In this document: positions 1 through 10,632 of the stretch, piece by piece | Numbering within the stretch: position 1 is the first letter of the stretch | Layout of the letters: every line of letters begins with the position of its first letter | Source of the DNA: Candidatus Kerfeldbacteria bacterium | GTDB lineage: Bacteria; Patescibacteriota; Patescibacteriia; SBBC01; CAIJZX01 | Reading direction: 5' to 3' | Assembly (NCBI GenBank): GCA_963731735.1 | Contig: CAVSWO010000001.1 | Location: forward strand, 64,761 to 128,760 | Length of the DNA stretch: 64,000 nt | Made by a program: the position numbers and the translations under genes | The notes under the pieces: model-generated | Told to the model about the DNA's origin: nothing | Seen by the model: the letters and a program-made list of their open reading frames with translations, nothing else | Database searches by the model: none

Positions 1-1
1 C

Positions 2-853
2 TTTGATCCGAAGAATAGTCAGCGAATATTTCTCGGTACACGCGGTAATGGCGTTTGGAAGACTGACAATCGGGGAGAACAATGGAAACCAACATCATTG
101 CGAACGGGCAATTACCGCTGCGTGACTTTTGATCCGGACAATGGTGATATCGTCTATACCGCCTCGGGCACGACCGTTCTGAAGAGCCAAGACAGCGGCG
201 ACACCTGGCAAACCGTGTACAACGAATCGCAGCCCGGCCATATTGTCACCTGTGTGTTAGCTGATCCGGTTCTGGGCAATTACGTCTGGGCCGTGACTAG
301 CGGGGGTAAAGTATTATTGAGCGAAGATTTTGGGCAGACCTGGACGCTTAAGCAGACGCTCCCAGCCTTTGAGGCTCGACGCTTATATGTCCCGCCAGAC
401 GCGCCGAGTGAATTGTATGTCTTTACTCAAAAACATGGAATTTTTCATCTGACAGGTTATGGTGCGACGCAGGAAGATTTAACCCCGGCCTTGCAGCAAT
501 TTCCTGGGGCAACCGATATCCGAGCGGTTACTATTCCTGACGGGCCGACCGGCGCCTGGTATCTCGGTACCCAATATGGTTTATTGGTTAGCTCAGATCG
601 AGGCCAGAACTGGAACGCTATCCCGACCCTCGTCACGCCCGGGAGTATCGCGATCGCGAATGTGGCCGTAAATACTTCGGATCCATCGGAGATTTTTCTG
701 ACGGTTGGTCAAAAGCTCCACCACACGTTAGACGGCGGCCAAAGTTGGGAAGTCACCAATCTCCCCACCACGCAGATTATCACGTTGTTGACGATTGACC
801 CCGAAGACATAACCCGTTTATATTATTCAACATTAATTCCAGAAAAATCATGA
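2..853 (+). CDS. BNR/Asp-box repeat protein (sialidase/Ycf48-like beta-propeller), 5' end outside window
   Basis: Four S-x-D-x-G-x-T-W Asp-box motifs (SQDSGDTW, SEDFGQTW, SSDRGQNW, TLDGGQSW). The reading frame is open from window position 2. Confidence 0.7.
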   Translation, partial: FDPKNSQRIFLGTRGNGVWKTDNRGEQWKPTSLRTGNYRCVTFDPDNGDIVYTASGTTVLKSQDSGDTWQTVYNESQPGHIVTCVLADPVLGNYVWAVTSGGKVLLSEDFGQTWTLKQTLPAFEARRLYVPPDAPSELYVFTQKHGIFHLTGYGATQEDLTPALQQFPGATDIRAVTIPDGPTGAWYLGTQYGLLVSSDRGQNWNAIPTLVTPGSIAIANVAVNTSDPSEIFLTVGQKLHHTLDGGQSWEVTNLPTTQIITLLTIDPEDITRLYYSTLIPEKS

Positions 854-1398
854 GCCACGCACCATTCGCCGAACAGCTTGCGCAGTCACAAACCTGGTTG
901 GAACGTGAATTGAATGGACTCCGGACCGGCCGGGCGACGCCGACTTTAGTGGAAAATATTTCGGTGGCCTGTTACGGCAGTTCTACGCCACTCCAGCAAT
1001 TGGCTTCAATTCAGGCACCTGAACCACAAATGCTGGTGATTCAACCTTGGGATCCCGGTCTGATCAAAGATATTGAAAAAGCCATTAGTCAATCAAGTTT
1101 AGGCATCAACCCGATTGTGGACGGGAAAAGTATTCGGTTGCCGTTTCCCCCGATGACTCAAGAACTTCGGGATGCGCTCAGTAAAGTTGTCAAAGAAAAA
1201 TCTGAGCAAGCAAAAGTCAATGTTCGAACCGCGCGTGAGGAGGCGTTAAAAGTCATCAAGCATCAGGAACGGGATGGAGAACTTTCTGAAGATGCGGCCG
1301 AAGCCGAACGAAAATCCATACAGCAGACGATTGACGAGGCGATTGCCACAATTGAACAGACCGCCGAAAAAAAGACCACTGAACTCCAAACGCTCTAA
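850..1398 (+). CDS. frr: ribosome recycling factor
   Basis: 182 aa with RRF-like sequence throughout (LRTGRATPTLVENISVACYGSSTPL..., IRLPFPPMTQELR). Its start overlaps the stop of the previous gene by 4 nt. Confidence 0.9.
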   Translation: MSHAPFAEQLAQSQTWLERELNGLRTGRATPTLVENISVACYGSSTPLQQLASIQAPEPQMLVIQPWDPGLIKDIEKAISQSSLGINPIVDGKSIRLPFPPMTQELRDALSKVVKEKSEQAKVNVRTAREEALKVIKHQERDGELSEDAAEAERKSIQQTIDEAIATIEQTAEKKTTELQTL

Positions 1399-2495
1399 TG
1401 ACGATCCTGATTTTTATTCTTATCTTAAGTCTGCTGGTTTTTGTGCATGAGCTGGGTCATTTTTGGTCGGCTCGCCGGAGCGGCGTCGGGGTGTTGGAAT
1501 TTGGTTTTGGTTTTCCGCCAAAAATTTGGGGGATTAAGCGTGGCCCGACGGAATATACGATCAATCTTATCCCGTTTGGCGGATTTGTTCGGTTAGAAGG
1601 TGAAGTTGACAACGGCTCACAGAGTCCGACCAGTTTTGCTCGAGCGCCAATGCATCGCAAGTTTCTCATATTGGCGGCTGGGGTAATCATGAACTACCTC
1701 TTGGCTTGGGCGCTGCTGACCCTGGTCTATACCGCCGGTGTGACCGTTCAACCCGTCGACCAACCGGTCAATCGTTGGCAGCAGTATAGCCAACAACATA
1801 CCGAAGCCTACATTTCGGATACCGGCGCCGCTCATGCGGCCGGGCTGAACAACGGTGACACAATCGTATCGATTAACGACCAGTCATTTTCCGAGACCGA
1901 TCAGCTGATTGCCTATACGCAAGCCAACAACTATCCGCCCTTAACAATCATTGCGCGCCGGGGCCAGCGAGAATTTTCCCTGCAGGTTACTCCGCAGCGG
2001 TCTGACCAACAAACTCCCGTCTATGGTTTGGGGTTGAGTCAGATTGCGGTCCTGCAGTACCCATGGTATATCGCGCCCTGGTACGGCTTGACGACCACCG
2101 TATCCTTTACTGGCCAAACGTTCGCCGGCTTCGGCAGACTGATTCACGATTTGGTAATTTCCGGTAAAGTCAGCCCGGATCTGGCCGGTCCGGTTGGCAT
2201 TGCTATTTTGACTGGTGAATTTACCCGCCTCGGCTTTATCCCGGTTTTACAGTTTATGGCGGTCCTGTCGATCAGTTTAGCGGTTATAAACTTTATGCCG
2301 TTGCCAGCCCTAGATGGCGGTCGGGCCGTATTCGTGATGATTGAAAAAATTCGCGGCCGCCAAATTAACCCCAGAGTCGAAGGCGCGATTCACGCGGTCG
2401 GCTTCTATTTATTGCTGGCCTTAGTGGTCTTGATCAGCATTCGAGACGTTCATCGATTTGACGTAGTTGACCGGTTATCAAAGTTATTTCACTAG
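1398..2495 (+). CDS. rseP: RIP site-2 zinc metalloprotease (M50) with PDZ domain
   Basis: HELGHF HExxH motif inside the first transmembrane helix, a central PDZ-like segment, and a C-terminal LDGG motif. Confidence 0.85.
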   Translation: MTILIFILILSLLVFVHELGHFWSARRSGVGVLEFGFGFPPKIWGIKRGPTEYTINLIPFGGFVRLEGEVDNGSQSPTSFARAPMHRKFLILAAGVIMNYLLAWALLTLVYTAGVTVQPVDQPVNRWQQYSQQHTEAYISDTGAAHAAGLNNGDTIVSINDQSFSETDQLIAYTQANNYPPLTIIARRGQREFSLQVTPQRSDQQTPVYGLGLSQIAVLQYPWYIAPWYGLTTTVSFTGQTFAGFGRLIHDLVISGKVSPDLAGPVGIAILTGEFTRLGFIPVLQFMAVLSISLAVINFMPLPALDGGRAVFVMIEKIRGRQINPRVEGAIHAVGFYLLLALVVLISIRDVHRFDVVDRLSKLFH

Positions 2496-2498
2496 ACT

Positions 2499-3554
2499 AT
2501 GCTGAATCGCTTACTCGGACGATTTTCCCATGACCTCGGGATCGATCTCGGCACGACCAATACGTTGGTGTATGTTCGTGATCGCGGAATTGTGATGAAT
2601 GAACCGTCGGTGGTCGCGGTCAATAATCGGACCAATCAAGTCTTAGCCGTCGGTGAAGCGGCCCGTCGGATGGTCGGGAAGACACCGGCCCATATTGTAG
2701 CCACCAAACCCTTGGTAGACGGGGTCATTTCTGATTTTGAGGTAACTGAAAAAATGCTGAAATATTTTTTTGATCGAGTTCACCAAGGAACCGTTGGTTG
2801 GTTACCGCGTCCGCGGGTGGTGATTGGAATTCCGCTCGGCGTGACAGAAGTCGAGCGTAAAGCGGTCGAAGACGCGGCCCTGCATGCCGGTGCTCGGGAA
2901 GTCTACCTGATTGAAGAGCCGATGGCCTCAGCAATTGGATCGCGTTTGCCGATTAATGATGCTTCGGGAAACATGGTGGTTGATATCGGCGGCGGTACGG
3001 CCGAGATTGCGGTAATTTCCTTGGGCGGCGTGGTAGCCTGGCGATCACTTCGGTTAGGCGGTAATCGATTGGATCAAGATATTATCCAGTATGCCCGCGA
3101 TCATTTTAATTTACTGTTGGGCGAACGAACTGCTGAAGAGCTCAAGATAAAAATTGGTAACGTCTGGGATACCGGCGAAGTGGTTGAAGCTAAGATGCGT
3201 GGTCGAGATTTGATTACCGGTTTACCGAAAGAAGTTAGCATTACCAGTACCCAAATTCGCGAGGCGCTGCAACGTTCAATTCGAACCATGGTAGAAAATA
3301 TTAAATCCACCATTGAGGGAACACCGCCTGAACTGGTCGCCGACATTTTTGAACGCGGGATATTGCTGTCCGGCGGGGGAGCCTTGCTGCGCGGCCTCGA
3401 TCAAGCTATTCGAGCCGAAACCCAAATTCCGGTCAATGTGACTGATGATCCGCTAACCGCGGTCGTGCGCGGGACCGGCATTGTGCTTGAAGATTTGGAT
3501 TACCTGCGAAACGTCCTGGTGCTTTCAAGCGAAGATCAAGCAACCAGCCTCTAA
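2499..3554 (+). CDS. mreB: rod shape-determining actin homolog MreB
   Basis: DLGTTNTLVYV phosphate-1 motif and DIGGGTAEIAV motif; followed by mreC and mreD. Confidence 0.92.
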   Translation: MLNRLLGRFSHDLGIDLGTTNTLVYVRDRGIVMNEPSVVAVNNRTNQVLAVGEAARRMVGKTPAHIVATKPLVDGVISDFEVTEKMLKYFFDRVHQGTVGWLPRPRVVIGIPLGVTEVERKAVEDAALHAGAREVYLIEEPMASAIGSRLPINDASGNMVVDIGGGTAEIAVISLGGVVAWRSLRLGGNRLDQDIIQYARDHFNLLLGERTAEELKIKIGNVWDTGEVVEAKMRGRDLITGLPKEVSITSTQIREALQRSIRTMVENIKSTIEGTPPELVADIFERGILLSGGGALLRGLDQAIRAETQIPVNVTDDPLTAVVRGTGIVLEDLDYLRNVLVLSSEDQATSL

Positions 3555-3557
3555 CCC

Positions 3558-4355
3558 ATGCGCGCGGTACGACGGCAAACGGGATTTCCCCTTCGCGCAG
3601 CAGGGTTTATAGCCGTGGCCGTGGCGATGGTGATCGGCGTTTGGTATTACGGATTCGGAGCGGTCATCGGAAGCGTGGCGCAGCCGCTTTCGCGAGCTGG
3701 CAGCTGGATCGCGACTACCTTTCGTCCCGCCTCAAGTACTCGCGCCTTAACTGCTGAACGCGACGATTTACGCGCCCAGCTATTAGCGGTTACCACCCAA
3801 TTAACCGAAGCTCAGCGAAAACTTGAAACGGTCAGTACGCTCGAGCAGCTTGAGGACTTCTTACAGCAACAGCCATATACCTCGACGGTAGCCAGCGTGA
3901 TCGCCTATAGCCCTGATCCGGGGGTCCAGAGCGTCGTGATTCAACGCGGTCGAGCCCATGGGTTAGCGCCCGGGCAAGCGGTCGTGACGGAACACGGTGT
4001 GGTGATCGGCACGCTGTCTCGGGTTGATGCGCAAACGTCGATTGTCCGATTGGTTACCGACAGCCAATCCCAATTGCTGGCCAAAGTCCAAAATGATGCG
4101 CAAAGCCGGGGAATCGTGAGCGGGGAGCGAGGTCTATCGCTGGCTATGAAATTCCTGCCGCGGAATGATCAGGTTACCAAGGGTCAAACAGTGGTCACCT
4201 CCGGGCTAGACCCAAACATCCCGCCTGATTTGCTGATCGGGACAGTTGAAGACACGGCCGCTCAAGCCGGTGAACTGTTTCAAACAGCCGTCATTAAAAG
4301 TCCGGTAGAATTTCAGCGACTGCGAGCGGTTGCGGTAATTCAATCGCCGCTATGA
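3558..4355 (+). CDS. mreC: rod shape-determining protein MreC
   Basis: Position after mreB; N-terminal transmembrane helix, coiled-coil, then a beta-rich domain. Confidence 0.7.
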   Translation: MRAVRRQTGFPLRAAGFIAVAVAMVIGVWYYGFGAVIGSVAQPLSRAGSWIATTFRPASSTRALTAERDDLRAQLLAVTTQLTEAQRKLETVSTLEQLEDFLQQQPYTSTVASVIAYSPDPGVQSVVIQRGRAHGLAPGQAVVTEHGVVIGTLSRVDAQTSIVRLVTDSQSQLLAKVQNDAQSRGIVSGERGLSLAMKFLPRNDQVTKGQTVVTSGLDPNIPPDLLIGTVEDTAAQAGELFQTAVIKSPVEFQRLRAVAVIQSPL

Positions 4356-4894
4356 ACCGATCACTCTGGCAGCTGATTGGTTTAGGCGGATTGATGCTGG
4401 TGCTGGCTTTGTTCGATATTACCGTTATTCAACCGATTGGCTGGCTGGGCTCCGGCCTGGGACTGACTGTCTTTAGTGTGGCCGTGATCACCGCCCGGTT
4501 GGGAGCGTGGCCGGGAGTGATAGCCGGGAGCGTGGCCGGTCTGACGTGGCAAACTTTTTCGGGTTTGCCGAGCGCCGTCCACCCAATCGCTTTTTTACTG
4601 AGCGTCGGCATGATAGTAGTCCTTAGCCGTCGGGTCTTAGCCACCCGGTCATTGCTGAGTTTCGTCGGCCTAGTCGCGGTCGGGACCGTTTCCTATCAAC
4701 TGAGCGTTTGGGGCATTACGACCTTCGCCCATGTCATCCAGCCCACCGCGCTCGAACCACGCTGGCCCGTCTGGTGGACGATAGCCGGGGTCCATGCTAT
4801 AACCCACCCACTATTAGCCGGTTTTCTGTGGCGACTGAGCGGGCGAACCCGTGATTACGCCACCGCCGGTTTGACGGTTGATCAATCATTCTAA
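4352..4894 (+). CDS. mreD: rod shape-determining protein MreD (polytopic membrane protein)
   Basis: Position between mreC and PBP2; about 180 aa and very hydrophobic. Confidence 0.6.
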   Translation: MNRSLWQLIGLGGLMLVLALFDITVIQPIGWLGSGLGLTVFSVAVITARLGAWPGVIAGSVAGLTWQTFSGLPSAVHPIAFLLSVGMIVVLSRRVLATRSLLSFVGLVAVGTVSYQLSVWGITTFAHVIQPTALEPRWPVWWTIAGVHAITHPLLAGFLWRLSGRTRDYATAGLTVDQSF

Positions 4895-6806
4895 AATGAA
4901 CGCGGCTTTCGATCTCTTCGGTAATCCAAAAACGCAAACCACCAATCTGGACCAACAACCGGATCTGCTTGACAGTGATCCGCGGTCCTCAATCAGGACT
5001 GAACAGAGTTTATCGACCGTCACCCAAAAACCTTGGTGGCGCTGGGTGTTTATCGGTATGACAGCGGTGGTGGTGCTGGTGGTAGGACGCTTAGTCCAGT
5101 TACAAACGGTTGAAGGCGCCACCTTGCGGGGTCGAGCGGAATACAACCGGTTGCGGATCCAATATTTAGCCGCGCCGCGGGGTTCAATCCTTGACCGGAA
5201 CGGGCAAACCCTGGCCACGAATGTGCCGAATTTCGCTTTGACCGTTGTGCCGAGCGATGTTCCGAGTACTGACGAGGCGTATCAAGCCTGGTTGAAAAAA
5301 CTTCAGCAGTTGATGCAATGGGACGACGCCAAACTGGCTGATGTCAAATCCAAAATCAAGGCCGGCGGAACGGATCCGGTGGTCATGCATGATCATTTAG
5401 GTTATGACCAAGCCTTGCCGTTGATGGTCCAAACAGCTGAACTACCCGGGGTGGCCATTCAATCGCTGCCGACGCGCCAATACCCGTTGGGACCGGCGGC
5501 CTCATCGGTGCTGGGCTATACGGGGATTGTCAATCAAACTGATCTCGACAGCCGTCAAAATTTGCACCCGCAGGATCGGGTCGGAAAAGCCGGATTAGAA
5601 CTGACCTACGACACCACCTTGTTTGGGACGCCGGGACGTCGGGAAATAGAGCGCGATGTCCGGAATCAGCGGATGGAAGTCCTGCACGAGCAAAATCCAA
5701 AACCCGGCCAATCATTACAACTCAGTATTGACGCCGGTTTACAGCAAGTTATGTACGATTCCTTGGCTCAAGCCGTCAAACAAGCCCACGGAACCGGTGG
5801 CGCCGCGGTGGCCATTAATCCGCAAACTGGCGCGGTTCTCGGGATGACCAGTTACCCCAGCTACGATGACAACTGGTTTGTGAATGGATCGTCAAACGAT
5901 CAGATCAGCCAGGTATTGCAAGATCCAGCCAACCCGCTCCTGGACCGGGCGATTGCCGGTGAATATCCGTCGGGTTCGATTATCAAGCCGTTGATTGCAT
6001 CCGCCGCCTTAGCCGAGAAGATAGTGACGCCGAATACCACCGTGCTGAGTACCGGCGGTATCACCATCGGTCATGACACGTTCCCGGACTGGAAAGCTGG
6101 GGGTCATGGAATCACGAATCTTTCCAAAGCGATTGCCGATTCCGTCAATACGTATTTTTATACCGTCGGTGGGGGATACAAAGATCAGCCGGGACTCGGG
6201 GTAGACCGGATTGTCAGCTATTTAGAAAAATTTAACTGGGGTTCACCACTGCAAATTGATCTGCCTGGCGAACGCGGCGGATTTTTACCCACCAAGCAAT
6301 GGCGAGAACAACAACGTCCTTCGCCCTGGCGACTGGGTGATACCTATCACTTGTCAATCGGACAAGGCGATTTATCCATTACCCCTCTTCAAGCGGTGAT
6401 GGGCATTGCGACGGTGGCGAACGGTGGAACCGTCTATCAGCCGCATGTGGTTCAGGCCGTCCTGAATCCAGATGGATCGGTAGCTAAAACGATTGCACCA
6501 AACGTCTTAGAAAAGGTAAATATTTCCCAGCAGGATTTCGCGGCTGTTCGAGCCGGATTGCGTCAGGGAGTAACGGACGGCAGTTCACGCGCATTACAGT
6601 CCTTACCGGTTACCTCCGGCGCAAAAACGGGAACCGCCCAATTTGGCAATCAAGGTAAAACCCATGCCTGGCACGTTGCTTTTGCGCCTTTTGATGACCC
6701 CCAAATCGCGATCGCCGTCATCATTGAAGCCGGCGGTGAAGGCAATGTGACAGCCTTACCGGTAACCAAAGCCGCTTTGAATTGGTATTTCAAGCCTACC
6801 CCCTAG
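4878..6806 (+). CDS. mrdA: penicillin-binding protein 2 (peptidoglycan D,D-transpeptidase)
   Basis: N-terminal transmembrane helix and dimerisation domain, an S-I-I-K (SxxK) active-site motif, and a KTGT motif. Located in the mreBCD operon. Confidence 0.88.
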   Translation: MINHSKMNAAFDLFGNPKTQTTNLDQQPDLLDSDPRSSIRTEQSLSTVTQKPWWRWVFIGMTAVVVLVVGRLVQLQTVEGATLRGRAEYNRLRIQYLAAPRGSILDRNGQTLATNVPNFALTVVPSDVPSTDEAYQAWLKKLQQLMQWDDAKLADVKSKIKAGGTDPVVMHDHLGYDQALPLMVQTAELPGVAIQSLPTRQYPLGPAASSVLGYTGIVNQTDLDSRQNLHPQDRVGKAGLELTYDTTLFGTPGRREIERDVRNQRMEVLHEQNPKPGQSLQLSIDAGLQQVMYDSLAQAVKQAHGTGGAAVAINPQTGAVLGMTSYPSYDDNWFVNGSSNDQISQVLQDPANPLLDRAIAGEYPSGSIIKPLIASAALAEKIVTPNTTVLSTGGITIGHDTFPDWKAGGHGITNLSKAIADSVNTYFYTVGGGYKDQPGLGVDRIVSYLEKFNWGSPLQIDLPGERGGFLPTKQWREQQRPSPWRLGDTYHLSIGQGDLSITPLQAVMGIATVANGGTVYQPHVVQAVLNPDGSVAKTIAPNVLEKVNISQQDFAAVRAGLRQGVTDGSSRALQSLPVTSGAKTGTAQFGNQGKTHAWHVAFAPFDDPQIAIAVIIEAGGEGNVTALPVTKAALNWYFKPTP

Positions 6807-6849
6807 GTGTGGATAACTGATTGACAGGGGAGAGGAGGCAGCGTAGTAT

Positions 6850-7356
6850 ATGCCCGTTGCCGTACGGCTGCCTGATTTGACTATCTCTATGAACGACAAA
6901 GTAACCTATCTCACCAAAGATGGACTCGACAAACTCAAGGTCGAGTTAGATGAACTTGTGCGAGTTCGCCGCAAAGAAATTGCCGCCCGTATCCAAGAAG
7001 CCAAGGAATTAGGCGATTTGTCGGAAAATGCTGAGTACCAAGAAGCCAAAAATGAACAGGCTTTTAACGAGGGCCGGATTGAGGAATTAGAAAATACCAT
7101 CAATCACGCCGAATTGATTCCGGAAAATACCAAAGGATCCCGGACAGCCCGGGTCGGCTCAACCGTCAAAGCGACCCAAAACGGCCAACCAATCACATTT
7201 TCTATCGTCGGTTCGAATGAAGCCGATCCGTTGACCGGAAAAATTTCAAACGAATCTCCGCTTGGCCAAGCCCTGCTCGGGAAAGCGGTCGGTGAACAGG
7301 TTCGGGTGAACACGCCAAAAGGCGAAGCCACCTACCAGATAACCGAACTTTCCTAA
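6850..7356 (+). CDS. greA: transcription elongation factor GreA
   Basis: GreA coiled-coil and FKBP-like C-terminal domain (LTKDGLDKLKVELDELV..., DLSENAEYQEAK). AGGAGG lies 11 nt upstream of the ATG; the alternative Met at 6892 has no Shine-Dalgarno sequence. Confidence 0.85.
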   Translation: MPVAVRLPDLTISMNDKVTYLTKDGLDKLKVELDELVRVRRKEIAARIQEAKELGDLSENAEYQEAKNEQAFNEGRIEELENTINHAELIPENTKGSRTARVGSTVKATQNGQPITFSIVGSNEADPLTGKISNESPLGQALLGKAVGEQVRVNTPKGEATYQITELS

Positions 7357-7404
7357 AGCCCGGTTGAGTTGTTCGGATGGCTGTTTTTGGCTATACTAAC
7401 AGCC

Positions 7405-8862
7405 ATGCCAAAGTCTGATCAAGAACAGATTCGCGCCCAACGGCGCCAGGATTTACTGGCAGCCCAGGTTGAACTTTATCCGGCCCGAACGCAGCGGTCC
7501 ACCCAAATTGAGCCCTTACGTACAGCATGGCAAGACGGTCAGACGCAAACCATCGCCGGCCGAGTCCGGGCCATCCGAATTCAAGGCGGTTCGGCCTTTA
7601 TCCGTCTCGAGGACGAAACGGGTCAGTTGCAAGTTTTTTTTCAAAAGAAAGAGTTAGCCGACTTTGCTCAGCTGGTCGAGAACCTCGACTTGGGTGATTT
7701 TCTCGAAGTCACTGGCAAAACTTTTATTACCAAACGGGGTGAACAAACGATCGACGCCACCCGTGTCCGGTGGTTAGCCAAGGCACTGCGGCCTCTGCCA
7801 TCAGCATGGCACGGCCTGGCTGATATCGAAACTCGCTACCGGTATCGCGAACTCGATTTACTTTCCAATCAAGCGGTTCGTAACATCTTTACGATTCGCG
7901 GAACCATCTTAACGACCATTCGTAATTTTTTAGTGAGCCGCGGGTTCCTTGAAGTCGAAACGCCGATATTGCATCCGATCGCCGGTGGCGCTACCGCCCA
8001 ACCTTTTGTGACGCATCACCAGGCACTGGATATTGATTTGTATCTGCGGGTCGCTCCGGAATTATATTTGAAGCGGCTCATTGTTGGGGGATTAGGCCGG
8101 GTGTTTGAAATCGGCCGGAATTTTAGAAACGAAGGGATCGATCGTGATCACAACCCTGAATTTACCATGATGGAATGTTATGCGGCTTTTACCGATTACA
8201 CCTGGATGATGGAATTGACGGAAGATTTATTCCTTGAAGTGGCACAAGCGGTGAATGGCAAACCGGAAATCTTGATCGGCGATCGAGTCATAAAACTTAA
8301 AAAACCATTTCAAAGGATTTCTTATCGTCAGGCCATTCAACATATGACCAAGATTGATATTGATAGCCTGGATGATACCCAACTCCGCAATCAAGGTCGC
8401 CAGGCGGGTACTGATCTGCCCGACACCATGAGCCGTCCAAAAATGATTGATGAGATTTTTAAAACGCATGTTCGACCAAATTTTATCGAACCCGGATTTG
8501 TCGTCGATTACCCGATTGAACTCTCACCGTTGGCCAAGAAAAAAGCCGACGATCCAAAGTATACGGAACGCTTTCAATTGCTGGCGGGCGGCACGGAACT
8601 CGGGAACGCTTTTAGCGAGTTAAATGATCCGGTTGATCAACAGCAGCGTTTCGCCGATCAGGAAAAACTTCGGACCCAGGGCGATAACGAAGCTCAGCGG
8701 GTTGATGCGGCCTACATCAAATCGTTGGAATATGGATTACCGCCAACCGGCGGATTAGGCATCGGAATCGATCGATTGACCGCTTTACTGACCAACCAAA
8801 AGAACTTGAAAGACGTGCTCTTGTTTCCAACCCTTAAACCGGAAAGTGATGACCAGGGATGA
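7405..8862 (+). CDS. lysS: lysyl-tRNA synthetase, class II
   Basis: FRNEGIDRDHNPEFTMMECY (motif 2) and a C-terminal GGLGIGIDRL (motif 3). Start chosen at MPKSDQEQ; the longer ORF from 7369 would add an implausible hydrophobic N-terminus. Confidence 0.88.
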   Translation: MPKSDQEQIRAQRRQDLLAAQVELYPARTQRSTQIEPLRTAWQDGQTQTIAGRVRAIRIQGGSAFIRLEDETGQLQVFFQKKELADFAQLVENLDLGDFLEVTGKTFITKRGEQTIDATRVRWLAKALRPLPSAWHGLADIETRYRYRELDLLSNQAVRNIFTIRGTILTTIRNFLVSRGFLEVETPILHPIAGGATAQPFVTHHQALDIDLYLRVAPELYLKRLIVGGLGRVFEIGRNFRNEGIDRDHNPEFTMMECYAAFTDYTWMMELTEDLFLEVAQAVNGKPEILIGDRVIKLKKPFQRISYRQAIQHMTKIDIDSLDDTQLRNQGRQAGTDLPDTMSRPKMIDEIFKTHVRPNFIEPGFVVDYPIELSPLAKKKADDPKYTERFQLLAGGTELGNAFSELNDPVDQQQRFADQEKLRTQGDNEAQRVDAAYIKSLEYGLPPTGGLGIGIDRLTALLTNQKNLKDVLLFPTLKPESDDQG

Positions 8863-9400
8863 AGCGGTAAAAATTTTGCATCATTACGTGCAAAATGAAA
8901 ATTTACGTCGGCACATGTACGCCACCGAGGCGGCCATGCGGATGTACGCCGATAAATATTCGGGAGATCCGGAGGAATGGGGATTGGTCGGCTTGCTCCA
9001 TGATTTTGATTGGGAAATCCATCCCAATCTGGACGACCATCCGACCAAAGGGCAAGCACTCTTGGAAGCCCAAGGTGTGCCGGAGCCAATTCGACGAGCG
9101 ATCATGGCCCATGCTCCGCATACCGGCATTCGGCCGCAGACCCAGATGGAAAAATGCATTTTTGCGGTCGACGAATTAAGCGGATTTATCGTCGCCTGTG
9201 CATTGGTAAGGCCGGAAAAAAAATTGGCGGCTGTGCAAGTTGCATCGATTAAAAAGAAATTGAAACAAAAAGCTTTTGCGGCCAATGTCAATCGGGAGGA
9301 GATTGCCCAGGGAGTTGGACTGCTTGATATTCCGGCCGACGAACATTATCAGAATGTCTTGCGCGCCATGCAATCAATTCATCAGGAGTTAGGACTATGA
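8846..9400 (+). CDS. HD/HDIG-domain metal-dependent phosphohydrolase
   Basis: H...HD metal-binding motifs (LLHDFD). Overlaps the lysS stop and the serS start. Confidence 0.65.
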   Translation: MMTRDEAVKILHHYVQNENLRRHMYATEAAMRMYADKYSGDPEEWGLVGLLHDFDWEIHPNLDDHPTKGQALLEAQGVPEPIRRAIMAHAPHTGIRPQTQMEKCIFAVDELSGFIVACALVRPEKKLAAVQVASIKKKLKQKAFAANVNREEIAQGVGLLDIPADEHYQNVLRAMQSIHQELGL

Positions 9401-10626
9401 TCGACCAGCAGACCTTGGAAGGACTACGCCGACGGGGCCGACGTTTTACCGAACTATTAGGCCGAGCGGAACAAGCAGCCGGCTCGACCGATCAAAAGAA
9501 ACTGCGGCAAAAAATTGAACAATTTCAAGCCCAGATAAATCAAGCCAATAAAATCATCCCAAGCCTTTCGCCGGCTGACAAAAAGAAAAAGATCGCGGCT
9601 GTAAAACCCATTTCAGCCAAGATCGCGGAACTCAAAAAGCAGCTCCAGGCATCTGCGATCCTGCGTTTACCGAACCCGCCGGCGACCGATGTTCCGAATG
9701 GCGATGACGATACGGAAAATGTGGTTGAAAAAGAAGTCGGTCAAAAACCGAAAATTGCCGATCCCAAGGAGTATTTAGCGCTGACCGAAAATTTAGGCGT
9801 GATTGACGTCCAACGCGCAGCCAAGGTTTCCGGTTCCCGTTTTGGGTACGTACTCGGGGACCTAGCTGAAATGGAATTCGGCTTGGTCCAATACGCGCAA
9901 GCAGTGATTCTGAAACACGGTTTTACTATGGTGGTTCCACCGGTCATGATTAAGGAAGAAAACATGGCGGCCATGGGTTACCTGGCCGGAGGAGGGGAGA
10001 GCGAGACCTATCATTTTGCCAAGGACCATCTGTATTTGGTTGGCACGTCGGAACAATCGATTGGACCCATGCATCGTGATGAACTATTTTCCGAACCGGA
10101 TCTACCGAAACGCTATCTGGCATTTTCAACCTGTTTTCGGCGCGAAGCGGGGAGTTATGGAAAAGACACCAAGGGGATTTTACGAGTGCATCAATTTGAT
10201 AAGCTTGAAATGTTTTCCCTGACGCTTCCTGAAGATTCCGATCAGGAACATCACCGCCTGTTAAGGTTGCAGGAAGAACTGATGCAAGGCCTTGGCTTGC
10301 CGTACCGGGTAGTCAAACTTTGTACCGGAGATCTGGGCTGGCCAAGTGCTCGGACCTATGACATTGAAACTTGGATGCCGGGCCAAGGGGTCTATCGGGA
10401 AACCCATTCAACGTCAACCACCACCGATTATCAATCACGGGCCCTAAACATTCGAGTCCAACGAGCCGATGGGAGTAAACAGTACGTGCATATGTTGAAT
10501 GGCACGGCGATAGCGGTTGGCCGGATGCTGATAGCCATCGTTGAGAATTATCAACGGTCCGACGGACGGATTGATGTGCCGAAAGTCTTGCAGCGCTGGA
10601 TGCGGACTAAACGAATCGGCAAGTAA
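9397..10626 (+). CDS. serS: seryl-tRNA synthetase
   Basis: N-terminal coiled-coil arm and class II motifs (FSTCFRREAGSYGKDTKGILRVHQFDKLEMF). Confidence 0.9.
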   Translation: MIDQQTLEGLRRRGRRFTELLGRAEQAAGSTDQKKLRQKIEQFQAQINQANKIIPSLSPADKKKKIAAVKPISAKIAELKKQLQASAILRLPNPPATDVPNGDDDTENVVEKEVGQKPKIADPKEYLALTENLGVIDVQRAAKVSGSRFGYVLGDLAEMEFGLVQYAQAVILKHGFTMVVPPVMIKEENMAAMGYLAGGGESETYHFAKDHLYLVGTSEQSIGPMHRDELFSEPDLPKRYLAFSTCFRREAGSYGKDTKGILRVHQFDKLEMFSLTLPEDSDQEHHRLLRLQEELMQGLGLPYRVVKLCTGDLGWPSARTYDIETWMPGQGVYRETHSTSTTTDYQSRALNIRVQRADGSKQYVHMLNGTAIAVGRMLIAIVENYQRSDGRIDVPKVLQRWMRTKRIGK

Positions 10627-10632
10627 CGACGC

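Noticed and set aside
7369-7404. Longer lysS start (MFGWLFLAILTA…)
   Set aside because: The hydrophobic 12-aa prefix is not LysS-like. MPKSDQEQ… aligns with LysS N-termini. Neither start has a strong Shine-Dalgarno sequence, so this remains uncertain.
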